NCBI RefSeq assembly: GCF_964355755.1
Contig: NC_092672.1
Coordinates: 12,896,001-12,960,000, forward strand
Reading direction: 5' to 3'
Length of the DNA stretch: 64,000 nucleotides
From: Antedon mediterranea
Lineage: Eukaryota; Animalia; Echinodermata
The position numbers and the translations under genes were made by a program. A model generated the notes under the pieces. The model saw only the letters and a list, made by a program, of their open reading frames with translations. It made no database searches and was not told where the DNA came from. This document shows, one piece after another, positions 1 to 13,214 of the stretch (its first letter is position 1; each line of letters begins with the position of its first letter).

Positions 1-1511
1 GCATTTTATTATTAATAAAAACAAGTTTGTTTTAAAGAAGTTGTATATATTATTGTACCTAATGTCATGTAAATTGTAGTTCTTAATGAAAATAACAGTA
101 TTGTTAATATTATGTTTTATAACATTCTTGAATTTATTTGTTTAAGTAAAATATTACTTAAAATGAGTATTCATTTATCGTTCTTAAAATAAATTTTTAA
201 TGATTTATATTTTATAGAATTCTTGTTTCAAGCAATTTTTTTCCCAATATAAGTAAGAATTTACGAATTTTAATTTGATAGAATTCTTGTTTCAAGCAAT
301 ACTTTTCTTAAAATAAGTAAACATTTACTGGTTTTTATTTGATAGACTTCTTGTTTACTTATTTTAAAAAAAGTTTTGCTTGAAACAAGAATTCTACAAA
401 TAAAAATCGGAATATTCTTACTTATTTTAAGAAATATATTGCTTGAAACAAGAAAACTAAAAATATAAATTGGAATATTCTTACTTATTTTAAGAAAAAT
501 ATTGCTTAAAACAAGAATTCTAAAAAATACAAACCGGAATATTCTTACTTATTTTAAGAAAAATATTGCTTGAAACAAGAATTCTACAAATAAAAATCGG
601 AATATTCTTACTTATTTTATAAAAAAATATATTGCTTGAAACAAGAATTCAAAAAATACAAATCGGAATATTCTTGCTTATTTTAAGAAAAGTATTGCTT
701 GAAACAAGAATTCAAAAAATACAAATCGGAATATTCTTACTTATTTTAAGAAAAATATTGCTTGAAACAAGAATTCAAAAAATACAAATCGGAATATTCT
801 TACTTATTTTAAGAAAAATACTGCTTGAAACAAGAATTCAAAAAATAAAAATCGGAATATTCTTACTTATTTTAAGAAATATCTTGCTTGAAACAAGAAT
901 TCAAAAAAATACAAATCGGAATATTCTTACTTATTTTAAGAAATATATTGCTTGAAACAAGAATTCTATAAAATACAAATTGGAATATTCTTACTTATTT
1001 TAAGAAATATCTTGCTTGAAACAAGAATTCAAAAAAATACAAATCGGAATATTCTTACTTATTTTAAGAAATATATTGCTTGAAACAAGAATTCTATAAA
1101 ATACAAATCGGAAAATTCTTACTTATTTTAAGAAATATATTGCTTGAAACAAGAATTCAAAAAAATACAAATCGGAATATTCTTACTTATTTTAAGAAAA
1201 ATATTGCTTGAAACAAGAATTCTATTTAAAAAAATCGATAAATTGTTACTTATTTTAAGGCAGATACTGCTTAAAACAATAATGAAAAAAGCAATTAAAT
1301 TCTTGGTAAGAATATTGTTCTTAAAGTATTATTTCTTGGTAAGAATAATTTTCTTGATATGAATTTGTGTGATTCTTGTTAAGAATTTTACGATTCTTGG
1401 TAAGCCAAAAAGTATTGAAATACGGACAAGTCAAAATTTACTTGTTTCAAGAAATATTTTGCTTGAAACAAGTTTTTTTTTTCTTAAAACAAGAATCAGA
1501 ATTTTGCTGTG
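1..1511. mobile_element. Non-autonomous DNA element (probably CMC/EnSpm-type) built from a ~60-bp repeat; only the right end is visible
   Basis: Array of TTGCTTGAAACAAGAATTC...TTACTTATTTTAAG units, with inverted degenerate copies at ~200-360 and ~1300-1470. Ends ...TTTTGCTGTG|TA (reverse complement CACAGCAAAA, a CAC terminus as in animal CMC elements). Confidence 0.5.
377..1230 (+). repeat. ~60-bp tandem minisatellite, about 14 copies
   Basis: Unit TTGCTTGAAACAAGAATTCAAAAAATACAAATCGGAATATTCTTACTTATTTTAAGAAAAATA repeats head to tail and generates the periodic ORF at 632..955. Confidence 0.95.
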
Positions 1512-1637
1512 TAAAACAAATGTATTGTAACAGAGTTTTTACAATTACTATAAACATTCAAACTATCTAGATTAAAATCATTATATAACCGTGTTTTCTA
1601 TTTAAAGTAATGTAATGTTTTTATTTTTTCTCTTTAG

Positions 1638-1797
1638 ATCAAGTATTTTAGCATAATTGGGGGGTCAACTGTCAAAGACACAGTTAGAATTCTGCTAAGA
1701 AAAATAGGTTCCAATAAGTTAGGGTCCGAATTTAGTATGTACGGACGAAAAGGGAAGGACAGTTTTAAAAAAAGACATATGTGCCGAGTAATTATAA
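1638..1797 (+). pseudogene. DUF4806-domain exon (CMC/EnSpm accessory gene fragment)
   Basis: Lies between tttag and gtaagt and translates IKYFSIIGGSTVKDTVRILLRKIGSNKLGSEFSMYGRKGKDSFKKRHMCRVII, matching the GG..v...vr.il..n.l...s..GrkgK..F pattern. Confidence 0.65.
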
Positions 1798-2186
1798 GTA
1801 AGTACCATTGTTTAGGTATAATTAAACCTATATCTGTCAAGAATGAAGCGAGGTCGGCTCCTAGCGCAGTCGGCTAAAATAGTGGCAGCTAAACCGTAGA
1901 AAACCATAGGTTTCCTTACTGCTCTTCATGTGTTCCAACTAGTTGGTCAAAATACTTACGCTCTCTCATGACTTCTCTCGTCTCTCTTATTACTGTCCAG
2001 TTCACAACCAGAATGACCCCACCTGAAACAAGTCTAAGGGAGGGCCATGGCCGAATACTACCTACTAAAACTGCAGATTATTTTAATAACATTTATTTTA
2101 ATTACTTTTACAAATTAATATAGGAACCTGTCTTGTCGTCCATCAGAAAGCTAAAGAGAAACAAATCGAGAAGGAAATCGGAACTA

Positions 2187-3125
2187 CCGTATTTTCCGGA
2201 GTATAGGTCGAGACTTTGTGGGAAAATTTTAATTGCAAAATCGGGGGGTCGACTTATACTCCGACCATGCGATTTTTGAAAAAAATCAAGCGGAAAAAAT
2301 TCGTTCAAAAGCCGTCAGCTGTCAAGGCCTAGCAAGGTCAGTGGCCTATCATCAATCACTCACAGGAGTTTTCAATTTAATAATACCTACATTGTACAAA
2401 ATAATACAACTCCAACAAGTACTGGTGGTACAAGAACTATTAATATATAACACAGATTAATGTTGATGTTTATATTACGCTTTTATTAAAATAATTAAGA
2501 ATAAATAGTTTTCGTTTGTGTTTCATATGCTTCGTATTCACTCGCGAAAACATCGTAACACACACCACAAACGAACTACACGATGTTGGAATGTCCATGC
2601 AGCATGTTTGTTATTGCGCGATATTTTGATCTATACACATGCGCAGTTTGTTTGTTTGTTCGTAATTACAATTACTGCGCATGTCTATTCATAAAATAAA
2701 TTCTCCTCAGTCCGGCGCGTGTACATTTACAGATAACGCGATTTACAACTACTCGCCTGTACAATTTAATAAGCCTCCTAACGAAAAACTCGTTTTAACT
2801 TATTCGAGTGACGCGAAAAAACATCGCTGATGGCAAGTACTGTAACGCTACATCTCTGTCATTTATTATAGGCTGGCGAAGACGGCGGCGAAGCCGTTGT
2901 GATTATGTCCGTCCGATATTGATTAGGCCTACACTTTAATAATTGTATAAACAAACAACCACATTTCATACATTTCTAGCCTTCTTTGAACTTTAAAGTA
3001 AGTTGTGTTATTAGCCGATTTTGGGGGTTGACTTATATTCAGGTCATACCAAAATCAACGATATTCTAGGTCAAAGTTGGGGGTCGACTTATACTTGGGG
3101 TCGACCTATACTCCGGAAAATACGG
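2187..3125. mobile_element. pogo/Tigger-type (Tc1/mariner superfamily) MITE
   Basis: Perfect 25-bp TIR CCGTATTTTCCGGAGTATAGGTCGA at both ends, TA on each side (2185-2186, 3126-3127), and subterminal GGGGTCGACTTATAC repeats. Confidence 0.92.
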
Positions 3126-4024
3126 TATTTTAAAATATGCTCCACATCGACCAGGTGGATCAAAGTGGAAGGTAAAAATGGTAAACAATGAATTTAAAAA
3201 TGTATCTTTTCCCTTTAATATTTATCTAAATCTAAAATCAGCAAAAAGAGCCAAATTAATTTTGCATGGGGCGTCCACAACCATTTTTGTATATGACGTC
3301 ATTGTCATGAAAACGCGATTAAATCGTAGTATTAACAATTTTGTCGTTTTACCGTGATTATGACATTACTTGATTTGCAAAAATATTTTTGTGTCATTTT
3401 TAAGATAATTTTTATTAACTCAACAGGATGTTACTACAGACACAAGTACATCACCCACTCATGATGACGAAGAAGAGGAAGCATTTTAATGAATTTATGT
3501 ACTTTTAGATATTATATTTTTATAAGAATCTCTTAAATTTTACTTTGTACGTTCTTTGCAGAATTTTTAAGCCGTTGGCTGCCTTCTGTTTGTACTATTT
3601 ATGTGTTTTTTTTATGAATAAATACCTGAATATAAGATGAGCAAATCATGTAGGGTTAGAGAGGATTACAATAATTATAGACACAGCCGTATTCATAAAA
3701 GAAAGTTTGAACCTTTTCAGAACCTATTTATGAATGAAATAGTCTATTAATAGTCTAAAGTTCGACTTCTTGAAGTCGCACTGTAAGTCGGGTTCCAGTA
3801 CAGTATTATCATTGACAATACTAACTACTACTGTCTTGTTTTTTATTTTTGTTTTTTTAAATACTATGTAATACCTGTATTTTTATAAAAGCATTTTATT
3901 AATGAAGGAATTAAGTAATTATTTCTAAATCAGTTTTTGGGTTATGTAGGTATGGAAGTGTTGGCGGTTCAGTAAACAATGCAGAGACATTAAAATCCAC
4001 TATGATGATGCCGTTAATCTAACT

Positions 4025-4376
4025 AGGTCCAAAGAACGTAAAAAAACGTTAATCGCTAACCTTAAATTAACAACGTTTAAAGAACGTCAACAAAATACCT
4101 ATTTTAAACGTTAACACTTAACTTTCTACGAACATTTAAAAATGACGTCGTTTAAACGTTTTATAAAACCTTCGATTAACGTTGGCAATAACATTCAATG
4201 AACGTTTAGAAGGGTCAACATTTTAACGTTATTTGTTAACATTCAAACAATAACGTTATTTGCTCACGTCCAAAGAACGTCAACAAAATACCTATTTTGA
4301 ATGTTAATATGAACGTAACAGTAACGTAACAGTAACATTCAAATAACGTTATTTGAACGTTAAATTGTTAGCTGGG
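4025..4376 (+). repeat. AACGTT-rich subterminal repeat array ending GTTAGCTGGG (probable right end of a CMC/EnSpm element)
   Basis: Many AACGTT/AACATT motifs. The terminus reverse-complements to CCCAGCTAAC and lies downstream of the DUF4806 exon. The same layout recurs at 14610-17861. Confidence 0.55.
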
Positions 4377-5707
4377 GATGTACCAGACTTCGGCAGGTTA
4401 CAAGGAAATTCGTTATTTACGTGTATTTTTTAAAAGCATCACGAAATATTTTTTGGTAAAGTTTTTAGTATTTATATAAGTATACAGTATGAATTATCAA
4501 ATAAATATTTATAATTAACAAACAATAATAAAAAATGTGTTTTTTATTTATGTACCAAACCTCGGCATGTGTCTGCCAATCCTCGGAATACGTTGCCCAA
4601 GCAAGCCCCGGAATTACACGCGAGCGATTGTGCGATTGCGCAATTGATCATCGATGAAATAGCAGGCCTAGCTAGGCTAGGCCTAGCCATGGCCAGATGT
4701 GAAATAAATGAGTCAAAAAACAGCAATATTAAATTTATTTTTACCAACAATTATATTTTGAATAAAATTTAATAAACAACATTGCAAATAATTTAATTTA
4801 ATTAGTTATTTCCGTTAGGTGCCGAAGTCTGGCACATATCATTAATTATCAACCAAACATCTTAACACCCCTCATAAACCCTATATTTTTTCATTGGTTT
4901 GAAAATGGAATGTTCTGGAATGTTGCTACACTACAGTAGGAGCCTATTTCAATCCCAGACGTGTCCCTCGTGTGTAATTTTTCATGCCCTGGAACTTTAA
5001 ATGGAACAGTCACGTGTTAGCTCATTGGTCTATTTTGCTGAAATGTCACTTCCGGTTTTCAGGTTTCAGTTTTATGGCTACTGGCAGACAGTTCCGCTGG
5101 TGTCTAGTAAACGATCGGTGGTTTATATTTACACCGTTGCTAAAGATACGGTACCGTATCCATGCTTCTAAAAACTAAAGATATGGTTATTATAGAGGGC
5201 GCTTCCGTTTGCTAAAAGTACGGTAAAATTGCATTCCTAAAACTCGTACCTAAATATAAAATTCGTTCCTAAATATAAAACTCGTTCCTAAATATTAAAC
5301 TCCTTCCTACATATTAAAAACCTAACCCTCTAAATAATCTCTCTTAAATTAAAAACTAAAAAAAAAATTCAAAAAAGACGTCAAGAAGAGTATCGAACCT
5401 CCAACCCTTAAGCCAGAGCCTCATCACATGCCCACTAGGCTACACAACTGGCTTGCAGAAAACCAATGCAATAACCTATTTGATTAACATCCACATTACA
5501 TAGCGCCCTCTATAATTACCGTACCTTTAGTTTTTAAAAGTATGGATACGGTACCGTATCTTTAGCCATAACGTTATATTTACCACCTAAATAAAGTATA
5601 TTATACGTTAAGATAAACGAAAAATATCAATTGTTTAATTAATTATAACTAATATAAATACAACCTGCCGAGGTTTGGCACATTGCCGAGGTCTGGTACA
5701 TCTACCC
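4377..5707. mobile_element. Non-autonomous TIR DNA element, left TIR clipped
   Basis: GATGTACCAGACTTCGGCA at 4377 is inverted relative to TGCCGAGGTCTGGTACATCTACCC at 5684-5707. Internal copies of the motif occur at ~4550, ~4820 and ~5666. Confidence 0.75.
5133..5574. mobile_element. MITE with ~65-bp TIRs and a probable 9-bp TSD (Mutator-like), nested in the 4377-5707 element
   Basis: GCTAAAGATACGGTACCGTATCCAT...ATTATAGAGGGCGCT is mirrored at 5502-5566. TATATTTAC flanks both ends. An internal tRNA-like segment lies at 5385-5445 on the minus strand. Confidence 0.8.
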
Positions 5708-6594
5708 AAAATGTCTGTCGTTTGTGATATTGATATGAGGATGCCAATGGGCATCCCATGGTGGTGAAATTAGGTGGTATCTCTCTCATCTAATTGTTAC
5801 CGATTTTTTAGCACCTTTCGGGGTCCCCCAGGTCTATACGCAGCAGGGGGTACCCGGCAGACTCCCATTTTTATTGACTTCAGGCGACCCCCAACACACT
5901 TAAATAGTCAGATATTGGTACCTAGTTCATCTAATCAAATGTCTCTTGGACATTGTTAGATTACATATTACGCAGATGCTGTGCTGCACCCAGATCTCAC
6001 TCAAGAAGTGTACAGTACTACACTATTAAATCTAGAAATGCTTAGTCCTGTGAGTGTCCCGGATCTTGGCGAATTAGATTTGCTTTTGAAAGGGGGGTGG
6101 CACATAAACTTAAAAGTGAAGAGGTGAAAGGAGTACATCAATACAACAGTAAAAATGGAGGCCAGAAAACAGATGAAGGTTTTTATTTCAAATGCTGCAA
6201 GCAGAATTAAAAGAAAAGCAGCCCCACCAACTCTAAAGACACACATAGAACTACTTTTTTTTTTTTATAACATCATTATAACTCAGCTTTAACCACGTGC
6301 CGTAGATCCGATAAAATATACCAACAAACCAACATGAATAACAACTTTTTTCAGCTTCCTTTTTAATTTTAATAGACACTTTGCTTACTTTTTTTGGTTT
6401 AAATAATCAAGATTTTAAAATAGCTTGTAATAATAAAATGTTACTTGCCTATTAACATTACTTGTAGTATTTGGTTTATTTATGACTCTCGCGGTATGGG
6501 GAGGATCATGTTATTGAGAGTGTAACATCTAGTCCGCAAAAATAGCCACTAAATCAAGGATATTTCTATGGTATTATATTTATTATTGTTAAGC

Positions 6595-6822
6595 TCACAG
6601 CGATCTCACCATGATCTCCTATGATTATTTATTATAATTATCTCATGGCGACCTCACCAAGATCTCATTATTATCTCATTGTGATCTTACCATGATCTCA
6701 TTAGAATCTCATGGCGATCTCACTATGATCTCATTATTATCTCATGGCGATCTCACCATGATCTCCTTCTATGATATATGTATTATAATCACCTCATGGC
6801 AATCTCACCGTGATCTCATTCT
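6595..6822 (+). repeat. Degenerate GATCTCA(CCAT/TT) short tandem repeat
   Basis: Repeated GATCTCACCATGATCTCATT-like units. Confidence 0.85.
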
Positions 6823-6824
6823 AT

Positions 6825-7195
6825 GGTGAAAAGGTGGACGATTACGTCGCCAAGCTACGTTTGCAAGCACACTAAGTGCACATTTTCGCACACAGTCACA
6901 GGCAAAACGTAAATCATAATCTTTCAGAATTCGATGAACGAATCATTGAATAATTAATCACTCGGACAAATTCCACAGAGGTCCAAAACAAGCTTATAGC
7001 TTCCAGCGATGTAACGCTAGATAAGGCAATAGACATAGTTAGAACACATGAGGCAAAAAGGCCAGCATGTCAGTGTTAAACCCTGACAAACAGGTGCACA
7101 TCTTGAAGCGACATAATAACAGGGTGCCACCTAGACCCAACCCCAACACATAGGCAAGCCATGCCGATACTGTGGCCAAAAGCATCTGAAGGGCG
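6825..7195 (+). pseudogene. Ty3/Gypsy gag fragment
   Basis: Translates EKVDDYVAKLRLQA..., FDERIIE*LI...EVQNKLIASSDVTLDKAIDIVRTHEA, then a zinc-knuckle start CRYCGQKH. Stops and frameshifts are present. Confidence 0.7.
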
Positions 7196-7206
7196 TATAA
7201 CGCAAT

Positions 7207-8309
7207 ATGCAACTTTGGTCAAAAGAAAGGCTACTGGTAAGCGTGAACAACAAATTAACCAGAATGAAGGAGGCTGTCACTAGTAAAGGCAAATGCAAGG
7301 TTAACATGAACAAGTTGGAATTTACTAGTACGGCATTTGAAGAAGTTGATCGACACCAACAAGCCGAGCTACAGCTTGCCATATTCGGTCTTAGCACTGA
7401 ATTTGAGTTGGCAGATATTGTCAAGCATGTGAAAATGGAGCCAGACGAATGGTTTACTCTTACCACAAAAGAAAGAACTGATTATTTGGCCAATTTCAAC
7501 AAAATGACGGTACAAGAAGCGACCACCAAAAGCCAATCCCGATTCGGAAAGGGGCATACATGAAGGAGTACGGATGCAGACAATTTTCCGCAGATGTAGC
7601 TGGTGCATTGACCGATATCAATAGCTGGCCAAAGACCACAATTGATATGGTTGTAAAGAATGCAGAAAATCTGTTGAACAGTGAAAACCAGGTCCAAAAA
7701 GAGCTATCAATTAACTCATCTGCAAGAAGAAGCTATCTTGTTGCATCTAGTAACACCAAGAAGGGTTGGTATAAATGTACAGTATTTATAGGGCATGTTC
7801 ATTGCACATGTCCATCTTACAAATACAAAAACATGTGTAAACACAGTATTGCTGTAGCAGAAATAGAAGGGAATTTGATAAACCACTTAAGGACATCACA
7901 TAAGCGATCAGCGCCGCTAAAAAGGAATCTTCAGCAATCTTCAAAAGACGGGCAAGGGAAAAAGGGTGGAAAGCACAAGAACCCTTGGAGACCAAGAAAT
8001 ACCCCTTCTACAGGCCTCCCTTCTAATACGCCTGAGAACCAAGGGCGTATTTTCACTGAAATCTTTCACAACAATAATCCCTTTATTGTTTGGTTTGTGA
8101 AAGATATCACAGATGCTGGCCACTGCTTTAAATGCAAAATGGAATTTCCGCGCCAACTGGCAATAAAACCATATGACATCATGTTGACTCACCAAGAGAG
8201 ATGGATGTACCCTGATAAAACCAGACCCGAAGGACGACTCCCATCACATAAGCTAACTACCAAATATTATTGCATCAAGGCTTCGTGCATCAAAACTCGA
8301 TTCCCGTGA
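7207..8309 (+). pseudogene. SWIM zinc-finger protein C-terminal part (Mutator-like TE protein), frameshifted
   Basis: Two overlapping ORFs (7207..7563, 7560..8309). SWIM motif CTCPSYKYKNMCKHSIAV, plus a C-terminal CFKC...H...C...C cluster. Confidence 0.65.
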
Positions 8310-8329
8310 TTTTATTCCATCCATATTGT

Positions 8330-9695
8330 CAAGAATTTGGTGGAATCCAAGAAATACATTGTGTTTGTGTAAGCAAACATCTGGGATTATGAACTCTAAA
8401 TGAAGTGAAGTATAGGCTGTTTAAATACTACAAAAATGTTTTATGTACTTTACTAAGGTTACAGAATATCAAAACAATTAAGTATTTTATGTTTTTGTTT
8501 CAAAGGTTATGAAAATGTACAAAGTGAGCTAGTGGTTGCAGGGGATGCCAGGCATGACTCACCTGGCCACAATGCAGAGTTGGGCCTGTATTCATTAATG
8601 GATACTAAAACAGACATTATTCTGTGTTCAAAAACAGTTGCTGTGGGAGAACACAATGTAAAGAACTCCTATTGGCTTGAAAACGAAGGGCTAATTAGAT
8701 GCATTGATGAGCTAAAGGTTGGTTTTGTTGTGTGTGTAAACTGGTTGGATAAATTGCTTAAATGGTTTGCAAAATAGTTGATCTTTCTTTATGCCTTTTC
8801 AGGATCAAAAAATTGCTATCGATACACTTGTGACTGACAGGCATGCAACAATTGCAAAAACGATGCGAGAACAACACCCGAATATACGGCATGAATTCGA
8901 CATCTGGCATATGGCCAGAAGTTTAGGCAACAAGTTAACGAAGATTTGCCAAAAACACCAGGAGCTGCGACAATGGCAAAAGGCGATTTCAAATCATTTT
9001 TGGTGGTCAGCAGAAACGTGTGAAGGTAGCTGCACACAGTTCAAGGTAATTGAGGGAGAGACAGTTTTAATAACATTGGTGTAAGTTAATGTGCACATGT
9101 TGTCACAGTTTAATTTCTTATTAAATTTATTTTATATTACTACAGGAACAGTGGATGTCAATCCTCAATCACATTGTGGACAACATAAGTGAGTGTGTTT
9201 TGAGGAATTCCACAAATGTGAGCACGAGGCACTTGAACCTGGAACCACCAAGTCATGGCTTCAGGCAGGAAGTGAAGCACATCAAGCATTGCAAGCAGTA
9301 GTGGTTGAGGCAAAGTTCCTTAAAGACATGCAACATGTAAATTTATAGTAATTAGAATTACATAATGTAATTGGTGTAATAATCAATAACATTATGTAAT
9401 GTACTTTTTTTGTACAATATACTATATACTAAAATTATATAACGTTTACATTTTCAGGCTGTTCAGTTTTGCCATACAGGAAATCTTGAGGTATTCCATA
9501 ACATGCTACTGAAGTATATGCCCAAGCGAAGTCACTTATTAGACCATAACTTACATACTTGCCGAGACGCTGAAATAGACCACAAGTATTCGGTTGAATG
9601 GTCAAAACGTTCAAAGAGATATGTGGCGAAACGTGTCAGGAAGCCAAAAGATTATGTGTTCAGGACCAATTTAAAGAAGGGCGTATTTGAAGCTA
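8330..9695 (+). pseudogene. Decayed, intron-containing Kolobok transposase fragment
   Basis: Exons encode GDARHDSPGHNAE, ENEGL, LVTDRH, FDIWH, HFWW and FCHTGNLEVFHNMLLKYMPKR, in the same motif order as the intact transposase at 23612-27924. Confidence 0.85.
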
Positions 9696-9696
9696 T

Positions 9697-11396
9697 TCAT
9701 CCATGCTGTCCCCTTCACAGCCTCGAGTCGCGCTGGGCCAGGTCTTGTGGATCCGGCGGATCTCGGGAGTGAGTGGCAGGGGTGCATTTGATGGTATGGT
9801 GGCCTATCACCAGAGGATGCAGAGATGTTTCGTGCCAATATAGAGGTGGCTGGCGTTCCGCGACCTCGTGGGTCGGACTTTTCGTTGGATGCCCGCTATG
9901 AGATTCAAAGCCTAGCCAGGAAGGGTGTCCTGCTTCAATCGAAGGTGGTATCAACAATCTGACCGGACCGCATCATTTGTTCTATCCATCCGTTTCCGCC
10001 TAGGGCAGAGACGGTGGGGGAGCTCATGACGGGTTTCCTCAGAGACAAGGCACGCAAAACAACCTTTATTTGCCAGGACGTCCGGCTGAAGAACCCATCC
10101 GTGGATGCTAGGGGTCGGCCTGCTGCCAGGGCGGCAGAGCTGACTAAACCTTCGGCCCGGTCAAAGTCATCAAGGCGTAAACCTTACGTCGCCCCGGCTG
10201 AGGTGGTGGATGTGTCAGCAGTGAAACGAGCATATTTCCCGCAGCACCCTGACACTCCCGCAGCCAAGAAGGGAATGGGGTATGCGTACCCAGTGCCAGC
10301 TTGCGGTCTGCAAGGCTCGGCAATGGACCACCTAAATGTGCATGTTGCAGAGGTTGTGGCGAAGTATGTATACAATCAAGACGAACATAAGATGAGGAAA
10401 GCCTGGCGATACCTTCAAGAACTGATCCCCCTGCTCCCAGATGGTCTCTCAACTCTGAGGAAGGCTTTTGAATTCTTGAGAAGGTACTTCCTGAGGCTTG
10501 GAGCCTGCGGCCTGAGCAACAGTTGGTTGCGACAACTTACGCTTACAGCTCAGGCAATCAATTGGAAGGCGCCGTCAGTGGAAAGAGACATCAGGAATCA
10601 GGTCACCTGATGCTGCACCCCTTCTGTCTGTGCCCACTGCTGGCAGAGGCCATGAGGGCTAACCTGAAAGGACTTCATGAACTGAACGAAAAGTACGGAG
10701 GACTAAGTAGCCTGCCCTCATGCCCTCCGCCATCGTCGAGAGCTCCAGAACCAATGGAATCGGCACCGGGATCTTCATCACTGGCCGCACCGCCCAGGGG
10801 CGCCACAGCTAGTATGGGAACTCTTAAACCCCTTCAGCAGTCCTCCACAACATCGCAGCGTGCAGCGGAAGCCTTAGATGAGGAAGCCCGCCGACTGCTG
10901 AGAGAGGCGTATAATGCGAACCAACGACTGGCAACAGCAGCTTTGTCATCCTCCAGCAGTGTTCTACGGGAGGCGGCCGCCCATATGCACCGCGTGTGCA
11001 TCGAGCAGCTGACCCTCGCAGAGGAGTTGGACGCATGAAGAGCCACTGGACCAATGAAATCAGCAACAGGATTTTCATCACTGGCCGCAATCCTTCAACA
11101 GGACTCACTTAAATACAGTACACCCCTTCTTGGTGTACTTGCGTATAACATTTTTGTAACCCCATTGTCTGTCCTTAGTTTCACCGCAGGTCCAAAAATT
11201 GGCGAAGAGCAAATCCTCTTCCCACCCCAAAATTTGAGGTCCAACATGTCCTCTACTTATTTAGCTGGGGCCGTAAGTCCCTTGTTTCAATTACGATTGT
11301 CAGTGCGGTCTCTCAAACAGTCAGCCCTATATACTGGAATTCCAGAACAAAATTTTACTGTCGTGTGCTAAATTTTTGCCAATCCCCATAGGCTTG

Positions 11397-11433
<37 letters not shown>

Positions 11434-11670
11434 CTTTCTCTCCCGGGGGGCTGTCAGGTGCCAGTGTTCCCTGGAACGCGGTGCCGGGCAGCAACCCGAT
11501 GGATACCCTATGCCACATGGCTTGTAGGGATTTTATTTGGGACTCTTTAGTCCCCTGTTGGCTTTCATATGTTCAAATTGTTGGGGTAATTCCCCCACCT
11601 TGACGTTCTTGTTGGGGAAAAGAAAAGAAAGAAAGAAGAAGAAGGAGGAGTGGAGGACCCACCATGGAGA
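9697..11670 (+). other. GC-rich intronless segment with decayed ORFs of unknown family, followed by poly-T and a purine tract
   Basis: Abrupt GC rise. ORFs 10014..10610 and 10523..11038; the first extends upstream through in-frame TGA codons. Long T tract at ~11401 and a purine run at ~11613-11650. Confidence 0.45.
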
Positions 11671-11800
11671 AATGAACTTAAAATCAAAATGCACTTTAAA
11701 AGGAACTTGAAATCAAAATGCACTTTAAAAGGAACTTGAAATAAATGCACTTTAAAAGGAACTTGAAACAAATGCACTTTAAAAGGATCTTGAAATAAAA
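11668..11800 (+). repeat. Short tandem repeat AAATGCACTTTAAAAGGAACTTGAAAT, ~4-5 copies
   Basis: Directly visible 25-29-bp units. Confidence 0.85.
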
Positions 11801-13214
11801 TGATTTTTATTTAATTTAAACATTTTATTTAATATTGTTTTAAGAAGGTTACAAGAGAGTGATGTTCCTCTAGATACCATTGAACAATTTGTTTTACTTT
11901 CTACTGAATTAAATTTTATTTTTGCCTCATATGATGAAAGACGGAATTTTTCACCTAGAACACACATACACACACATTTTTTAGCTACACACTTGTGTTT
12001 AACACAAATATACTTTTGCTGCTTATGGCGCCCCATAGTTGTATGAGTAAATTAAAGTATTATCTTTCTCAACATATTTTACCATCATTATAACACTTTA
12101 ACATATATTCCCTAGAAAAGTCCTGAAGTAACACAAATTAGTAATATTTATTTGCAAAAACGCACAATAAGGATTTGTGCAGGTACATCTCGACTATCAC
12201 GAAACCTTTATTGTATAAATTTAAAGTCCTTATGTCTTTTGATATAAAGTTGTTTTTATCTCTATGGAATATTATTAGGGGAGATATTTTTCTTTTCTCC
12301 TACGCTGAGAGTGTAAAGAGTCTCTATAATGAAAATGAAATCCACAGTGGTGGTCTATGACGCCGTTCCGCAACCTATGGGTTGCAACCCATTGTTTGGG
12401 TCAACAAAAAATTGATGGGTCGTAAAATCTTCTGCGATGGTGAAACTTTTTATCAATAATACATTGCACATAGGCGCAATATTGATTAATTAATATCTTA
12501 ATTAATTAAGACTGTACCTCCTTTATCTAGGTTTCCATAACAACTGGTCCATTTTGTGGGTTTTGTGGTGGGGAATAAGAAAGTTTTATAGCCTGTGTTA
12601 TCTAGGAATACTGTAAAAATGGAGTTAGTACAGTATTGAGTTTTCAAAGTAAGCTGTTGTGTTATAATACAAGCATTTTGTATTGAAAATCTGTGTTTCA
12701 TCGATTTTGTAGCTAAAATTGAGATCCTGGCTTTAAGTTATTATTGTTATTATTTTGTGAAGAGCTACATACATCAATGAGTTACATAAAAATAAATGCA
12801 GTACGATTATTTTCGCTACCCTATCAATAATGGAATCGTCCAAATTTCAAATCGGTAGTGCAATCATTGGTGCATGACAATGAACGACTTGAGGACGAAT
12901 GACTTCAGATTTTTATTTTCATGCTATAACAAAAATTATCCACCGTATATCCACCATCTTTTTTCACCGTCTAGGGAGTCACAAGACATGTTATTACATT
13001 AGGTTAACTACCTAACTACTGAAAAAAAGTCTTCCTGGTTTTTATGGAAGAATTTTGCCAAATTTTGTATTTGACCATATTAAGGGAAATTCATGTTTTT
13101 TCGTCTCGATTTCTGTTACAAATATTTGATTTATGTACAATTAACCAAATATTATATTTAAAATGCATGCCTGTACCTGAGCTTTAAATAAAGAAACGTA
13201 AAGAAATGTAATAA

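Noticed and set aside
632-1362. Repetitive ORFs (LLETRIQKIQIGIFLLILRK)n
   Set aside because: They are translations of a 60-bp satellite whose units gain and lose single bases, so frame is not conserved.
5385-5445. Functional tRNA gene
   Set aside because: A and B boxes are present but I could not fold convincing acceptor and anticodon stems, and it lies inside a MITE.
11401-11433. Poly(A) tail of a minus-strand LINE or retrocopy
   Set aside because: No RT sequence, polyadenylation signal or TSD is adjacent.
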